Shown piece after piece: positions 30,344 to 41,571 of a DNA stretch of 64,000 bases; positions within the stretch are counted from its first letter, which is position 1; the number at the start of each line of letters is the position of its first letter. A program made the position numbers and the translations under genes. The stretch lies in contig JACKDU010000002.1 in the NCBI GenBank assembly GCA_020633335.1, forward strand, positions 122,730-186,729, in the 5' to 3' direction. The DNA comes from Myxococcales bacterium (GTDB taxonomy: Bacteria > Myxococcota_A > Polyangia > Nannocystales > Nannocystaceae). A model generated the notes under the pieces. That model had not been told where the DNA came from. It saw only the letters and a list, made by a program, of their open reading frames with translations, and did not search any database.

Positions 30344-30538
30344 GGTCCTTGATTCCCTAAGACGAAGGTCGCGGCACCCTAGCCGCGCGCCCCCGTCCGT
30401 GCAACCGGGAAAGCGCCACCGATGCGCCTTCTGCGCCGCCCCCTCCCGCGGGGAGCCGCACGCCCGGCGCGGCCGCCCAGGCGGTCCCACGCCGACTCGA
30501 GCGGTCGGCCGACGCGGGCCGAAGCCGCGACCCCGGGT

Positions 30539-31198
30539 CTAGCAGGGCATCAGCGGACCCGGCCCCTCGCACATCATCCAGTCCATCGGGATGCAGGTGT
30601 CCGGGAACTGGTAGGGCTCGGGCGGATCGACCTGCGGATCGCAGGCGTTGGTGATCGCGTCGCCGCAGGCCATCGCGTCCATGCAGCCGAGGAACTGGGG
30701 CTTCTGCAGGCACTGCTTCTGGGCGTTGATCTTCGAGCCCGTGATCGCCATGCAGGCGGGCTCCGCCTTGCACTGGTTGGGGCCGAGCATCGCGCAGTCG
30801 ACCCCGCCGGTGGTCCCGCCGGTGGTCCCGGTGTCGGTGGTCCCGGTGCCGGTGGTGCTGGTGTCGGTGGTCCCGGTGCTGGTGCTGGTGTCGGTCGTGC
30901 TGGTGCTGGTGTCGGTCGTGCTCGTCCCCGAGTCGGTCGCGCTCGTCCCCGAGTCGGTCGTGGTCGTCCCCGCCGCGGTCGGATCGCCGGTCGACGAGTC
31001 GCTCGCCGATCCCGACCCGTCGCTCGTCGACGCGGAGCTCGAGGAGGTGGAGGTCGAGCTCGCGCTCGCGCTCGCGCTCTCGCTCTCGCCACTCCCGGTG
31101 CTGCCCGCGGTGCTGCCGTCGTCCCCGCTGCAGGCGAGGAGGAGCGTCGACGCAAAGATGGAGGTGAGGAGGCGGCCCTGTCGTGAGATCAAAGTCAT
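30539..31198 (-). CDS. Cys-rich lipoprotein with long Thr/Ser linker
   Basis: Lipobox LLLACSG, TDTSTSTT repeats, C-terminal Cys-rich domain. Confidence 0.6.
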   Translation of the reverse strand: MTLISRQGRLLTSIFASTLLLACSGDDGSTAGSTGSGESESASASASSTSTSSSSASTSDGSGSASDSSTGDPTAAGTTTTDSGTSATDSGTSTTDTSTSTTDTSTSTGTTDTSTTGTGTTDTGTTGGTTGGVDCAMLGPNQCKAEPACMAITGSKINAQKQCLQKPQFLGCMDAMACGDAITNACDPQVDPPEPYQFPDTCIPMDWMMCEGPGPLMPC

Positions 31199-31310
31199 GC
31201 GTCTTGGAGCCCGCGCCCGCGGCCGATTCCAAGTGCTCTGCGTGGGGTAATTTTCCCCACCGCGCGTCCCCGCCCGCGGCCGCGGCCGGCACGCCGATGC
31301 GGACGCCCGC

Positions 31311-33792
31311 TCAGCCCGGCTGCGGGCACTGGGCGGCGGTGACCTTGCTCGAGTTGTTGTCCTCGTGACACTCGGGGATGTCGCCGTTGCCCTCGCTCGC
31401 CTTGTCGACCTCGACGTAGTAGTCGGTCGGATCGGCGGGCGCCGGGATCACGAGGTTGACCTTGGTCGAGCCGCCGGGGAGGAGCGCCTTCGCGGTCGGG
31501 ATCTTGCCGAGGAGCGTCCCGCTCGCGTCCGGGCCCTCGTAGAACGCGACCTCGACCCCGGCGGGCACGCCCTCCGAGCCCTTGTTCCAGACGGTGGCGA
31601 TCAGCGTCAGCTGGTCGAGGCAGAGGTCGAGGCCGATCGAGAGGTCGACCGTGAGATCGGGGGCGTTGAAGACCCCCTCCCCCTGGACGTTCTGGCGGTA
31701 GTTGTTGAGGCCCGGGACCGTCCAGTTGTCGACCTCGGTGAAGGGGACGTTGCCGTCGGCGCTCACGTTGGTGACGTGGTAGGTGTGCGAGGTCCAGACC
31801 TTGCGGGTCGGCACCCAGCCGTCGCCGGCGTCGCCGTAGACGTAGAGCCCCTTGCGCGGGGTGTAGTTCGGGACGTTGCAGTTGAGGGTGTTGGCGACGA
31901 CGACGATCTCCGAGTTGCCGTCGGCGTCGGCGTCGACCACCAGCGGGTACTCGTGGATCGTCGAGCTCGAGTTCTGGAGCTCGAGCTGGATCGTCCCGTC
32001 CGAGCCCGAGTAGACCCGCATGAAGCACTCGTCGTTGTAGATGACCTCGGCCGCGCCGTCGCCCTGGAAGTCGAAGACCGAGGAGCCGGTGGTGTTCGAC
32101 GAGGCGTCCTGGGTGACCCGCGCCCAGCGGACGAAGATCGCGCCGGCGGCCGGGTTGGGGTCGCCCATCGGCTTGACGATCTCCTCGCCGTCGCGGTTGA
32201 AGTCGTAGACCGCGTAGCGGGTCGCGCCGGCGATCCCGACCTCGGGGCGGCCGTCGCCGTCGAAGTCTGCCACCGTCGGCGGCCCGCCGATCCCGCCGCC
32301 GCGGACCGCGATCGCCTTGGTGCGGGCGGCGTCGTTGTTCTGGCAGGCGACCCCGCTCGGATCGATCCCGCACCAGAGCTTGCCGGTCGCGCCGTCGAGC
32401 ACCCGCAGCGCCGACGAGCCGACCAGGATCACCTCCGGCGTGCCGTTGTCGTCGAGATCGGCGATCGCCGGGTAGCCGTCGCCGCCGTCGTTGTTCTGCC
32501 AGAGCTGGGTCAGGGTGACCTTGGGCGCGTTGTTGACGACCTGCCAGTCGATCTTCCAGGCGTTGCGGCCGGAGACGATCTCCGGGTAGCTGTCGCCGTC
32601 GAGGTCGACGGCCGCCGAGATCCCGCCGGTGTAGCCGCTGTTGGTCCCGTAGGTCCCGCCGTTGCCGCCCTGCGACCAGACCATCAGGCCGTCGTTGTCG
32701 AAGACCGCGGCGCCCGAAGATGATCTCGGCCTCGGGATCGTCGTCGAGGTTGACCAGGGTCGCCGCGCCGTTCTCGATCGTCGTCGTCGCCTGGGTGTTG
32801 TCGGGGTTGTGCGAGGTCCAGAGGAGCGCGCCGGTGTGATCGACCGCGTGCACCGGCGAGCGCCCGCCGACCGTGCGACCGGCGTAGATGATGTCCGGGA
32901 GGCCGTCGCCGTTGACGTCGCCGAGGGCGATCGACGCGCGCCCGTGGGAGCCCCACTTGCCGTTGTTGGGGTCGTGGAGGATCTTCCAGAGGACGTCGCC
33001 GGTCTGGCCGTTGAGCGCGACGATCCCCCCGTTGGGCCAGGATCCGCCCTGCTCCTTGGTGGTGCTGACGACGATCTCGGGGACGTCGTCGCCGTTGATG
33101 TCGGCGACCACCGGGATCGAGATGATCTCGTCGGCGGTGTAGGACCACTCGAGCGCGACGCTCAGCGCGTCGAAGTCGGGGACGATCTCACAGGTGAGCG
33201 GGTCGGGCTGGATCAGGCACTTGCCGAGGACCGGCTCGCAGTACTCGCCCTGCATGCAGTCGTAGGAGTCCTCGCAATCCTTCCCGGGGGTGACGCAGGC
33301 GTCGCCCGAGCAGACGTCCCCCTCGGCGCAGCAGATCTCGAGCTTGGGGCCGCAGCGGACCTCGCTCGCGCACTCCGGGAGGCAGGCGCCCTCGATGCAC
33401 TCGTTGCCCGCCGGGCAGCAGGCCGCCGGCTCGCCGCAGAGGGTGCCGCCGAGGCAGAGGTCGTCACCGCCGGTGCTCGTGTCGGTCCCCGCCGACGTCG
33501 AGCCGCTCGTCGTCGCGCTCGCGCCCATCGTCGTCGCGCCGGTGGTCTCGCTCGCCGAGGTCCCGGTGGTCGCGCTCGCCGATCCCGAGCCGCTGGCCGT
33601 GTCCGTATCCGTCCCGGCGCTCGCGCTGCCGGAGGTCGTCGCGCTCCCCGAGCTCGTCGGCCCCGAGGTCGAGCCGGTCGCCGAGTCGCTGCCGCTCGCC
33701 CCGTCGTCGCCGTTGCACCCGAGGACCAGCGCGAGGGCGGCGAGCCCCCCGACGCGCACCCCACGACCACCCAACCCCTGCATCAAGACCAT
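31311..33792 (-). CDS. FG-GAP/VCBS-repeat beta-propeller lipoprotein with N-terminal Cys-rich module; one frameshift near 32700
   Basis: Lipobox LVLGC. Repeated D-x-[DN]-G-D-G-x-x-[ED] motifs (DVNGDGLPDII, DFDGDGRPEV, DFQGDGAAEVI). Frames of ORFs 31195..34191 and 31311..32684 join at an extra G in ttcgggcgcc. Paralog of 38335..40862. Confidence 0.7.
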
Positions 33793-33891
33793 GGGGCGAT
33801 TGGGCCACAGCCGCCGGGCCCGCGCCACCTCTGCATGCGCCCATCGCGGGCATTTTCGCCGGCCCTGCGACTTTTGATACCTTCGCCGGCG

Positions 33892-34871
33892 ATGGCCGAC
33901 GCCGCGACGATCCTCGCCCGCCTCCGCTCCGACCCCGCCCTCGTCGACGCCGGGGTCGACCTCCTCCTCGATGACGCGCTCGCGCAGCCGCTCGGGGGCG
34001 CGCTCGACCCGGCGACGCTCGCCCCCGGGCTGGCGGCGGCGATCCGCGCGAGCGCCGAGGCCGAGGGCCTGGAGGGCTGGATCAGCGCCGCCCTCGGCGA
34101 CCTCCGCGGCCAGCTCCGCCCGGACCAGCGGCCGCTCCGCGCCCACCTCCCGCCGGCGCTGCCGAAGGCGATCGCCGGCGCGGTCTCCCACCCCTTCACC
34201 CCGGGCGCGAGCTGGTGCGGGCGGCGGTCAACCACGCGGCGATGCGGGCGATGATGCGCACGGTCCTCCAGCGCACCCTCTACGACTTCGGCAAGAAGAT
34301 GTGGTCGACGCTCCCGGACACCTCCAAGATCCCCGGCTCGGGCTTCCGCTCGCGGCTCATGGACATGGCCAAGGGGGTCGCCAGCGTGGTCGGCTCGGAG
34401 GTCGAGCGCCAGCTCGACGATCGCGTGAAGACCTTCGTCGACGGCGCGCTCGCGTCGGCGATCGACATCGTCATCGATCGGATCGCCGATCCCGCGCACG
34501 CCGACGAGATGGCCGCGTGGCGGGCGGACATGGTCCCGGCGATCATCAACCAGCCGCAGGTGCGCTTCGTCGACGAGCTCGACAAGGTGAAGGACGCCGA
34601 CGTCGCCGCCGACGCGGTCACGCTCCTGCGGGCGATCGCCGCCTGGGAGGATCTCGAGGGCGCGCTCAGCCGGGCGCTCGCCGCCCTCCTCGAGGTGATC
34701 GGCCCGCGCTCGCTCGCCGAGGTCGCCGAGGGATCGGGCCTGGTCGAGGCGTGGCGCCCGCTGGTCCGCGATCGCGTGGCCTTCCACGCCCGCCGGGTGA
34801 TCACCAGCGAGGGCTTCGCGGCCTGGATCGCGCGGGTGGTCGACGGCGAGGCGCCAGCGACGAGCGATTGA
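33892..34871 (+). CDS. hypothetical protein, frameshift about 34185 (cccc/ggg run)
   Basis: ATG at 33892 within the tail of ORF 32662..34254, continuing in ORF 34215..34871. Confidence 0.4.
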
Positions 34872-34948
34872 GCGCGCCCGGCCGGCTTGCCCCGGGGGCC
34901 CGGCGCCTGCGACCATCGAGGCGCGGCGCAAGGCGTCGCCGATCGATC

Positions 34949-35497
34949 ATGGCCAATCCCTTCATCGACAGCGCCCGCACCATCCTCGCCGACCTCGAGG
35001 GCGAGCTCGCCGCCCAGCTCGCCGAGTCCGCCCGCCAGACCTCGATCGCCTCCGGCGTCGATCTGACGATCGAGGAGGCCCTCGCCCTCGCCCTCGTCGC
35101 CAAGCACATCGCCTCGACCGACGGCCTCAGCGCCGCCGAGTCCAGCGGGATGACGGCGCTCCTCGACTTCTACGGGGTCCCCGCGGCCGCCCAGGCCGCC
35201 CTCCACCAGGTCGACCTCGCCGGCGCGAACGACGAGCACATCCGCGAGCTGGTGCCGACCGACAGCGCCAAGGCCCGCCACCTGGTCAGCGGCGTCGCCT
35301 ACATCGCCGCCCGCGACGGCCTCTCCGACGACGAGCTCGCGCGGATCGCCGCGATCGGCACCAAGGTCGGCCTCAGCCTGGCGATGATCGACGCCCTCGT
35401 CGCCGAGTCCGAGGCCGCCGTCCTCGCGTCGATCCGCGGCGACCGGGCGCTCCTCGCCAAGCTCGACCGCCTGCGCTCGGCGCTCTTTCGGATCTAG
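34949..35497 (+). CDS. TerB-like (tellurite-resistance/DjlA N-terminal) two-repeat protein
   Basis: Two paired segments ending ...DGLSAAE / DGLSDDELARIA. Confidence 0.4.
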   Translation: MANPFIDSARTILADLEGELAAQLAESARQTSIASGVDLTIEEALALALVAKHIASTDGLSAAESSGMTALLDFYGVPAAAQAALHQVDLAGANDEHIRELVPTDSAKARHLVSGVAYIAARDGLSDDELARIAAIGTKVGLSLAMIDALVAESEAAVLASIRGDRALLAKLDRLRSALFRI

Positions 35498-35519
35498 CCG
35501 TCGCGCCCGAGCGCGCGCC

Positions 35520-37268
35520 TCAGGGGTTGATCTTGCGGAGCCAGAGCGTCGCAAACTGGCCGGCCATGTACTCCTGACCGGCGCCGTAGATGTAGCCGTC
35601 GTCGCCGTTGATCGCGACCGCGCGGGCGATGTCCTGGCCGGCGCCGGGGCCGTCGTAGGTGTGGGTCCAGAGCTCGGCGCCGTCCATGTTGGTCAGCTTG
35701 CGGACCCAGATCCCGGCGAAGTCGTTGGCCGTGTACTCCTGGCCGGCGACGACCACCGTCCCGTCGGGGGCGACCGCGACCCCGCGGCCGATGTCGTTGT
35801 CCGATCCCTTGGAGTCGTAGGTCTGGGTCCAGGCCTCGACGCCGGTGTCCGAGAGCTTGCGGATCCAGATGTTGGCGAGGCCGATCGGCTCGTAGACCTC
35901 GCCGACCGCGAAGATGTGATCCTCGCCGTCGACCGCGACCGCGCGGATGATGTCGTTGCCCGCCTTGTTGTCCCAGCTCTTGGTCCAGAGCTCGGAGCCG
36001 GCGGCGGTGTAGCGGCGGATCCAGAGGTCGGCGAGGCCGATCGGCTCGTAGATCTCGCCGACGACGACCGCGGAGTCGTCGCTGAGGATCGCCACCCCGT
36101 GGGCCCGATCGATCCCCGCCTTGTGATCGTAGACGTCGGAGAAGAGGAGCGTCCCCGCCGGGTCGTACTTGCGGACGACGATGTTGGCGAGGCCGATCAG
36201 CTTGTACTCGTCGCCGACCGCCCAGATGTTGCCGTCGGAGTCGACCGCCACCCCGCGCGCCGAGTCGCCGAGATCGCTCGGGCCGTTGTAGATGTCGCTC
36301 CAGAGCTCGTTGCCGGCGGGGTCGAGCTTGGCGACCCAGAAGTTCGTGTCCTCGCCCTTGACCGCGAGCTGGCCGACGACGACGTAGTCGCCCTGGGGAT
36401 CGACGGCGACCCCGCGGGCGATGTCGCCGAGGGTGCCCTCGCCGATGTAGGTCTTGGTCCAGAGCTGATCGCCCTCGGCCGTGTACTTGGCGATCCAGAT
36501 GTTCGCCCCCTCGCCGACCACGAATTGCTCGCCGACGACGATGACGTTGCCGTCGCCGTCGACCGCGACCCCGTGGGCGATCGCGTCGCCGGCGTCGCGG
36601 CCGTTGTAGTTGACGGTCCAGACCTCGGAGCCCGAGACCAGGCAGTCGATGTTGCAGCCGTCGCCCTGGACCGCGTTGCCGTCGTCACAGGCCTCCGGGC
36701 CGTTGGTCATCGCGTCGCCGCAGAAGGGCCCGCGGGCGGCGCAGCCGCGCTCGCAGCCGTTGTAGCCCCCGTCGTTGGTCCCGTCGTCGCAGGCCTCGAC
36801 CCCCTCGTGGACCAGGCCGTCGCCGCAGATCGCCACCTTGCACTCCGAGGTGCAGCCGGCGTCGTCGGCGTTGGCCGCCCCCTCGTCGCACTCCTCGTCG
36901 CCCTCGACGACCCCGTCGCCGCAGCTCGGGATCCCCGGGCACTCGCAGCCGCCCCACCCCGACCCGTCGCCCTTGCAGACCTGCGTACCCTGACCCTCGG
37001 GACAGGTGCATGACGTCTCCTCGCCCGGGGTGCAGGCGCCGGCGCTGGCCGAGCCGCTGCCGGACTCGCTCTCGCTGGTCCCGCCGGTCGAGCCGCTCGT
37101 GCCGCTCGTCGTCAGCCCGCCGCTGGCGCTCCCGCTCTCGCTCGCGCTCGCGGTCGCCGAGTCGACGATCATGTCGTCGCCGCAGGCGCTGAGGCCGAGG
37201 CCGACGACGAGCGAGGCGATCGCGGAGATCGCCGGACGGTGGAGAGACGAGGGCATGGTCGGGCGCAT
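35520..37268 (-). CDS. lipoprotein with Myxococcus Cys-rich repeats (TIGR02232-like CGDG..E.CDDGN) and SBBP beta-propeller repeats
   Basis: Lipobox LGLSAC. CGDGVVEGDEECDEG, CGDGLVHEGVEACDDGTN, CDDGNAVQGDGC. Repeated G-x-x-V-A-V-D-x-x-G-N-[IV] propeller motifs. Confidence 0.75.
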   Translation of the reverse strand: MRPTMPSSLHRPAISAIASLVVGLGLSACGDDMIVDSATASASESGSASGGLTTSGTSGSTGGTSESESGSGSASAGACTPGEETSCTCPEGQGTQVCKGDGSGWGGCECPGIPSCGDGVVEGDEECDEGAANADDAGCTSECKVAICGDGLVHEGVEACDDGTNDGGYNGCERGCAARGPFCGDAMTNGPEACDDGNAVQGDGCNIDCLVSGSEVWTVNYNGRDAGDAIAHGVAVDGDGNVIVVGEQFVVGEGANIWIAKYTAEGDQLWTKTYIGEGTLGDIARGVAVDPQGDYVVVGQLAVKGEDTNFWVAKLDPAGNELWSDIYNGPSDLGDSARGVAVDSDGNIWAVGDEYKLIGLANIVVRKYDPAGTLLFSDVYDHKAGIDRAHGVAILSDDSAVVVGEIYEPIGLADLWIRRYTAAGSELWTKSWDNKAGNDIIRAVAVDGEDHIFAVGEVYEPIGLANIWIRKLSDTGVEAWTQTYDSKGSDNDIGRGVAVAPDGTVVVAGQEYTANDFAGIWVRKLTNMDGAELWTHTYDGPGAGQDIARAVAINGDDGYIYGAGQEYMAGQFATLWLRKINP

Positions 37269-37439
37269 CGGCCAACGCTACCACGCGCGAAGGTGCCCGA
37301 AGCGGCCGCCGTGGGGCGCCGCCCCCAGGTCACGCGACCAGCCGCCCAGCCGGCCGACGTGAGCGGGCGGCCCCCTGCCCCGCCGGCCCGACGGGGGCCC
37401 CCTACCCAGCCTCCCCCGCCTGCGACTACCGTTCGGCCC

Positions 37440-38159
37440 ATGTCCCAAAAGCGCATCGAGTCCGTCCAGGTCGAGGGCGGATCCTTCGACCTCCACCTCT
37501 GGACCCCGCCCGCCGGCCACGGGCCCGGTCTCCTGCTGATCCAGGAGATCTTCGGCGTCGGCCCCTACATCGAGGCGGTCGCCGAGCGCCTCGCCGCCGC
37601 CGGCTACGTCGTCGCCGCGCCCGACGTCTTCTGGCGCTTCCACCCGCGCTGGGTCGCCGCCCACGACGAGGCCGGGGTCGCCGCGTCGATGGCCCTCGCC
37701 CAGAACCTGAGGCCCGAGCTCGCGGTCGCCGACTGCGTCGCCGCCCTCGGCCACCTCGCCGGCCTCGCCGAGGTCGACGGCGCCCCCGGGGTGATCGGCT
37801 TCTGCCTCGGCGGCTCGCTCGCCTGGGGTGTGGCCGCGGCTTCCCAGCCCGCCTGCTGCGTCTCCTACTACGGCTCCTTCGTCCCGCAGATGCTCGGCCT
37901 CCGCGCGCAGATCAGCTGCCCGGTGCTCCTCCACTTCGGCGGCCAGGACCCCTTCATCCCGCGCGAGCAGGTGAGCGCGGTCGAGGAGGCGCTCGCGGGC
38001 GCGGCCGGCTTCACGGTCAACGTCGAGGCCGCCGGCCACGCCTTCGACAACCACCTCGCGCCGATCTTCCACGACCCCGCGGCCGCCGAGCGCGCCTGGG
38101 CGAAGACCATGGCCTTCCTCGGCGAGCACCTCCCGGTCGGCGGCGGCGCGGCCTCGTAG
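37440..38159 (+). CDS. dienelactone hydrolase-family alpha/beta hydrolase
   Basis: GFCLGG nucleophile elbow; DLHLWTPP..GPGLLLIQEIFG. Confidence 0.75.
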   Translation: MSQKRIESVQVEGGSFDLHLWTPPAGHGPGLLLIQEIFGVGPYIEAVAERLAAAGYVVAAPDVFWRFHPRWVAAHDEAGVAASMALAQNLRPELAVADCVAALGHLAGLAEVDGAPGVIGFCLGGSLAWGVAAASQPACCVSYYGSFVPQMLGLRAQISCPVLLHFGGQDPFIPREQVSAVEEALAGAAGFTVNVEAAGHAFDNHLAPIFHDPAAAERAWAKTMAFLGEHLPVGGGAAS

Positions 38160-38334
38160 GACCGGCCCACGCGGCGGCGACGAGCTCGCAGGCGTCGCCG
38201 TCGCGCGTCGTCGACCAGGCGGCGCCGACGCCTTCAAGCGCTCGAGCGCGCGCCCCGACGCGGCTCGATATCGCCACCGCGACGCAGGATCGCGGGCGAT
38301 GGACGCAGCCGCGTCACCCGGCGATGATGGGCCC

Positions 38335-40862
38335 ATGGATAGTCTCGAACTTCGCAAGGTGTCGTCGGTGGCGGCGCTGGCCCTGGTCCTCGGCGCCGCG
38401 TCCTGCAGCGGCGACTCGGGCCGCGGCGACGGCTCCGAATCGGCGACGACGACCGCGACCACGCAGGGCACCAGCGGCACCACCGGCGACGCGACCGGCA
38501 GCACCAGCGGCGGCGGCAGCGGGAGCACCGGCACCGGCACCACCAGCGGCGGCGGCGAGACGGTCGGCACCACCAGCGGCAGCACCGGGGCGACGACCTC
38601 CGGCGGGGTCGAGTGCACCGACCACCGCCAGTGCGGCGACGGCAAGTGCATCGCCGGATCCTGCTGCGCGATCGAGGACGCGTGCGGCGACGTCGCCTGC
38701 TGCGGCGGCGGCGAGGTCTGTCTCTTCGACCAGTGCGTGGTCCCGGGCGCCCCCTGCAAGAGCGCCAACGACTGCGCCGAGGGCGAGTACTGCGAGCCCG
38801 CGCTCGGCGAGGGCGAGGGCGACACCACCGGCGGTGACACCACCGGCGGCGACATGGCCTGCACCCAGTCGATCCCCGACGCCGGCTACTGCCTCAAGCT
38901 CCCCGAGGTCTGCGGGCCCGGCCAGGATCCGATGAAGGACGGCTGCGTCGCCGCCTGCGAGTACTACCCCGACGCCGGCAAGCTCAACGCGACCCTCAAG
39001 TGGCAGTGGGGCCTCTACGCCGCCGACGAGTTCTCGAAGTTCTCCGACGTCTGGTCGACGCCGACGGTCGGCCGGATCTACGACGCCAACTGCGACGGCA
39101 AGGTCGACGACACCGACCCGCCCAACGTCGTCTTCGTCTCCGGCAACTCGAACCAGACCTGCTGCTCCTGCGGCAACGAGCCGATCTCGACCTGCCGCAC
39201 CGGCATCCTCCGGGTCCTCGACGGCGCCAGCGGCCAGGAGATCTGGTCGCTCGACAAGGCCAAGGCCGGCAACTACGGCTTCGCCGGGGTCTCGGTCGCG
39301 CTCGGCGACATCGACAACGACGGCGACGTCGAGATCATCACCGCGACCGGCGACGGCTTCGTCGCGGCGATCAGCAACGAGGGCGTGGTCGAGGCGATCA
39401 GCGACCTCCAGATCGACGGCCAGAACGCCGGCGCCTTCGGCTGGGGCGGCGGCCTCTCGGTCGCCGACATGGACGGCGACGGCTACCCCGAGATCGCCTT
39501 CGGCCGCACGCTCTTCTCGACCAAGAACGGGATCAAGCGCGAGTGGGTCGGCGCCGGGGGGATCGGCGGCGGCAACACCAGCGCCCTCTCGCACATGGTC
39601 GACCTCGACAACGACGGCAAGCTCGAGCTCCTCGCGGGCAACACCGCCTACAGCGCCGACGGCTCGATCTTCTGGCAAAACGCCGGGCTCCCCGACGGCT
39701 TCACCGCGATCGGCGACTTCGACCTCGACGGCACCCCCGAGGTGGTCCTCGTCGGCAACGGCCAGGTCTGGATCCTCCAGGCCGAGAACGGCGGGATCGA
39801 CCTCGGCCCGGTGGCGATCCCCGGCGGCCTCAACGGCGGCGGCCCGCCGACCGTCGCCGACTTCGACGGCGAGCCCGACAAGCGCCCCGAGATCGGCGTC
39901 GCCGGCGGGGCCTACTACGCGGTCTTCAAGCCCGACTACCAGAACTCGAAGATCAACATCGCCTGGCAGCTGGCGACCAAGGACACCTCGAGCCGGGTCA
40001 CTGGATCGTCGGTCTTCGACTTCGAGGGGGACGGCCGCGCCGAGGTCATCTACTCCGACGAGTGCTTCCTCTGGATCCTCGACGGCGTCGACGGCACCCT
40101 CCGCTTCGCCGAGCCCAACACGACCTTCACCGCGACCGAGGCGATCATCGTCGCCGACGTCGACGGCGACGGCCACGCCGAGGTCGTGCGGGTCTCGAAC
40201 AGCGCCAACTGGCAGTGCAACACCGCCCCGTGGAACCAGCCCGATCCGAAGACCGGGCGCCCGCCTGGAAGCCGCCGCCGAACCAGACCTACTACAAGGG
40301 GATCTCGGTCTTCGGCGACTCCGCGAACTCGTGGGTCGGCACCCGCACCCTCTGGAACCAGCACGCCTACTACGTCACCAACATCTGCGATCCCCGCGAC
40401 TCGGCCTGCGATCCCATGGCGCCCTACGGGTCGATCCCGGCCAAGGAGAAGCAGAACTGGAAGCAGGGCTGGCTCAACAACTTCCGGCAGAACGTCCAGG
40501 ACGGCGGGATCTTCGACGCCCCCGACGCCGCGGTCTCGCTCCAGAGCCTCTGCGGCGAGCCGCCGCTGGTGCTCGAGGTCGGCGTCCGCAACCTCGGCCT
40601 CGTCGGCCTCCCCGCGGGGGTCGAGGCCTCGGTCTTCAAGGTCGAGGGCATGGTCGAGACCCTGGTCGAGACCGTCACCACCACCAAGCCGCTCCTCCCC
40701 GGGCAGACCGAGGTCTTCCAGGTGATCGTCCCGGTCGACGTCGGCATGGCGGGGGACACCTTCATCGCCCGGATCGTCGTCGACCCGAACAACCCGAAGT
40801 TCCACGAGTGCGACGACACCAACAACGCGACCCCGCCGCTCGACACCTTCTGCCCCGGCTGA
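38335..40862 (+). CDS. FG-GAP/VCBS-repeat beta-propeller lipoprotein (paralog of 31311..33792); one frameshift about 40258
   Basis: Lipobox ASCSG. DIDNDGDVEII, DMDGDGYPEIAFG, DFDLDGTPEVV, DFEGDGRAEVI, DVDGDGHAEVV. ORFs 38299..40725 and 39000..40862 join at accgggcgcccgcc. Confidence 0.7.
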
Positions 40863-40893
40863 TCCGCGGCGGACGTCCCGCGCGGACGCGATC

Positions 40894-40919
40894 CAGGGCG
40901 CCTCGCCGGGGGCGCCCTG
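40894..40919. terminator. hairpin CAGGGCGCC-TCGCCGGG-GGCGCCCTG, 32 bp after the FG-GAP gene stop
   Basis: Perfect 9-bp inverted repeat read directly. Confidence 0.5.
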
Positions 40920-40953
40920 GCTCCGTCGATCGCCCGGGGGTACACTGGCGTCG

Positions 40954-41541
40954 ATGAGCGAGAGCGCCCGACGCCGCGCGACCTACGAGGACGTACGCAA
41001 CGCGCCCTCGCACATGGTCGCGGAGATCGTCGACGGCGAGCTCCTCCTCCACCCGCGACCGGCGACGCCGCACGCGATGGCGGCGACGGCGATCGGCGAG
41101 GAGCTCGGGCCCCCCTTCAAGCGCGGCCGCGGCGGCCCCGGCGGGTGGCACATCATCTTTGAGCCCGAGCTCCACCTCGGCGGCGACATCCTCGTCCCCG
41201 ATCTCGCGGGCTGGCGGCGCGAGCGTCTCCCGGAGATCCCCGACGCGCCCTTCCTCGAGCTCGCCCCCGACTGGCTCTGCGAGGTCCTCTCACCGAGCAC
41301 CCGCTGGCTCGACCGCGGCCCCAAGCTGCGGATCTACGGCAGCGCCGGCGTCTCCCACGTCTGGCTGGTCGAGCCCCGCGATCACACCCTCGAGGTGCTC
41401 GATCGGCGAGGCGAGCACTGGACGCTCCTCGACCACTTCCACGGCGACGCGAAGGTCCGCGCCCGCCCCTTTGACGCGATCGAGCTCGAGCTCGCGGCCC
41501 TCTGGGAGGGCGTCGCGCTCCGCCCCGACGGCGAGCGCTGA
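40954..41541 (+). CDS. Uma2-family (DUF820) PD-(D/E)xK putative endonuclease
   Basis: LVPDLAGW and LAPDWLCEVLSPST are characteristic of the Uma2 family. Confidence 0.7.
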   Translation: MSESARRRATYEDVRNAPSHMVAEIVDGELLLHPRPATPHAMAATAIGEELGPPFKRGRGGPGGWHIIFEPELHLGGDILVPDLAGWRRERLPEIPDAPFLELAPDWLCEVLSPSTRWLDRGPKLRIYGSAGVSHVWLVEPRDHTLEVLDRRGEHWTLLDHFHGDAKVRARPFDAIELELAALWEGVALRPDGER

Positions 41542-41571
41542 GCGCTCGCCGTCGCCGGGGTGCCGGGGCGC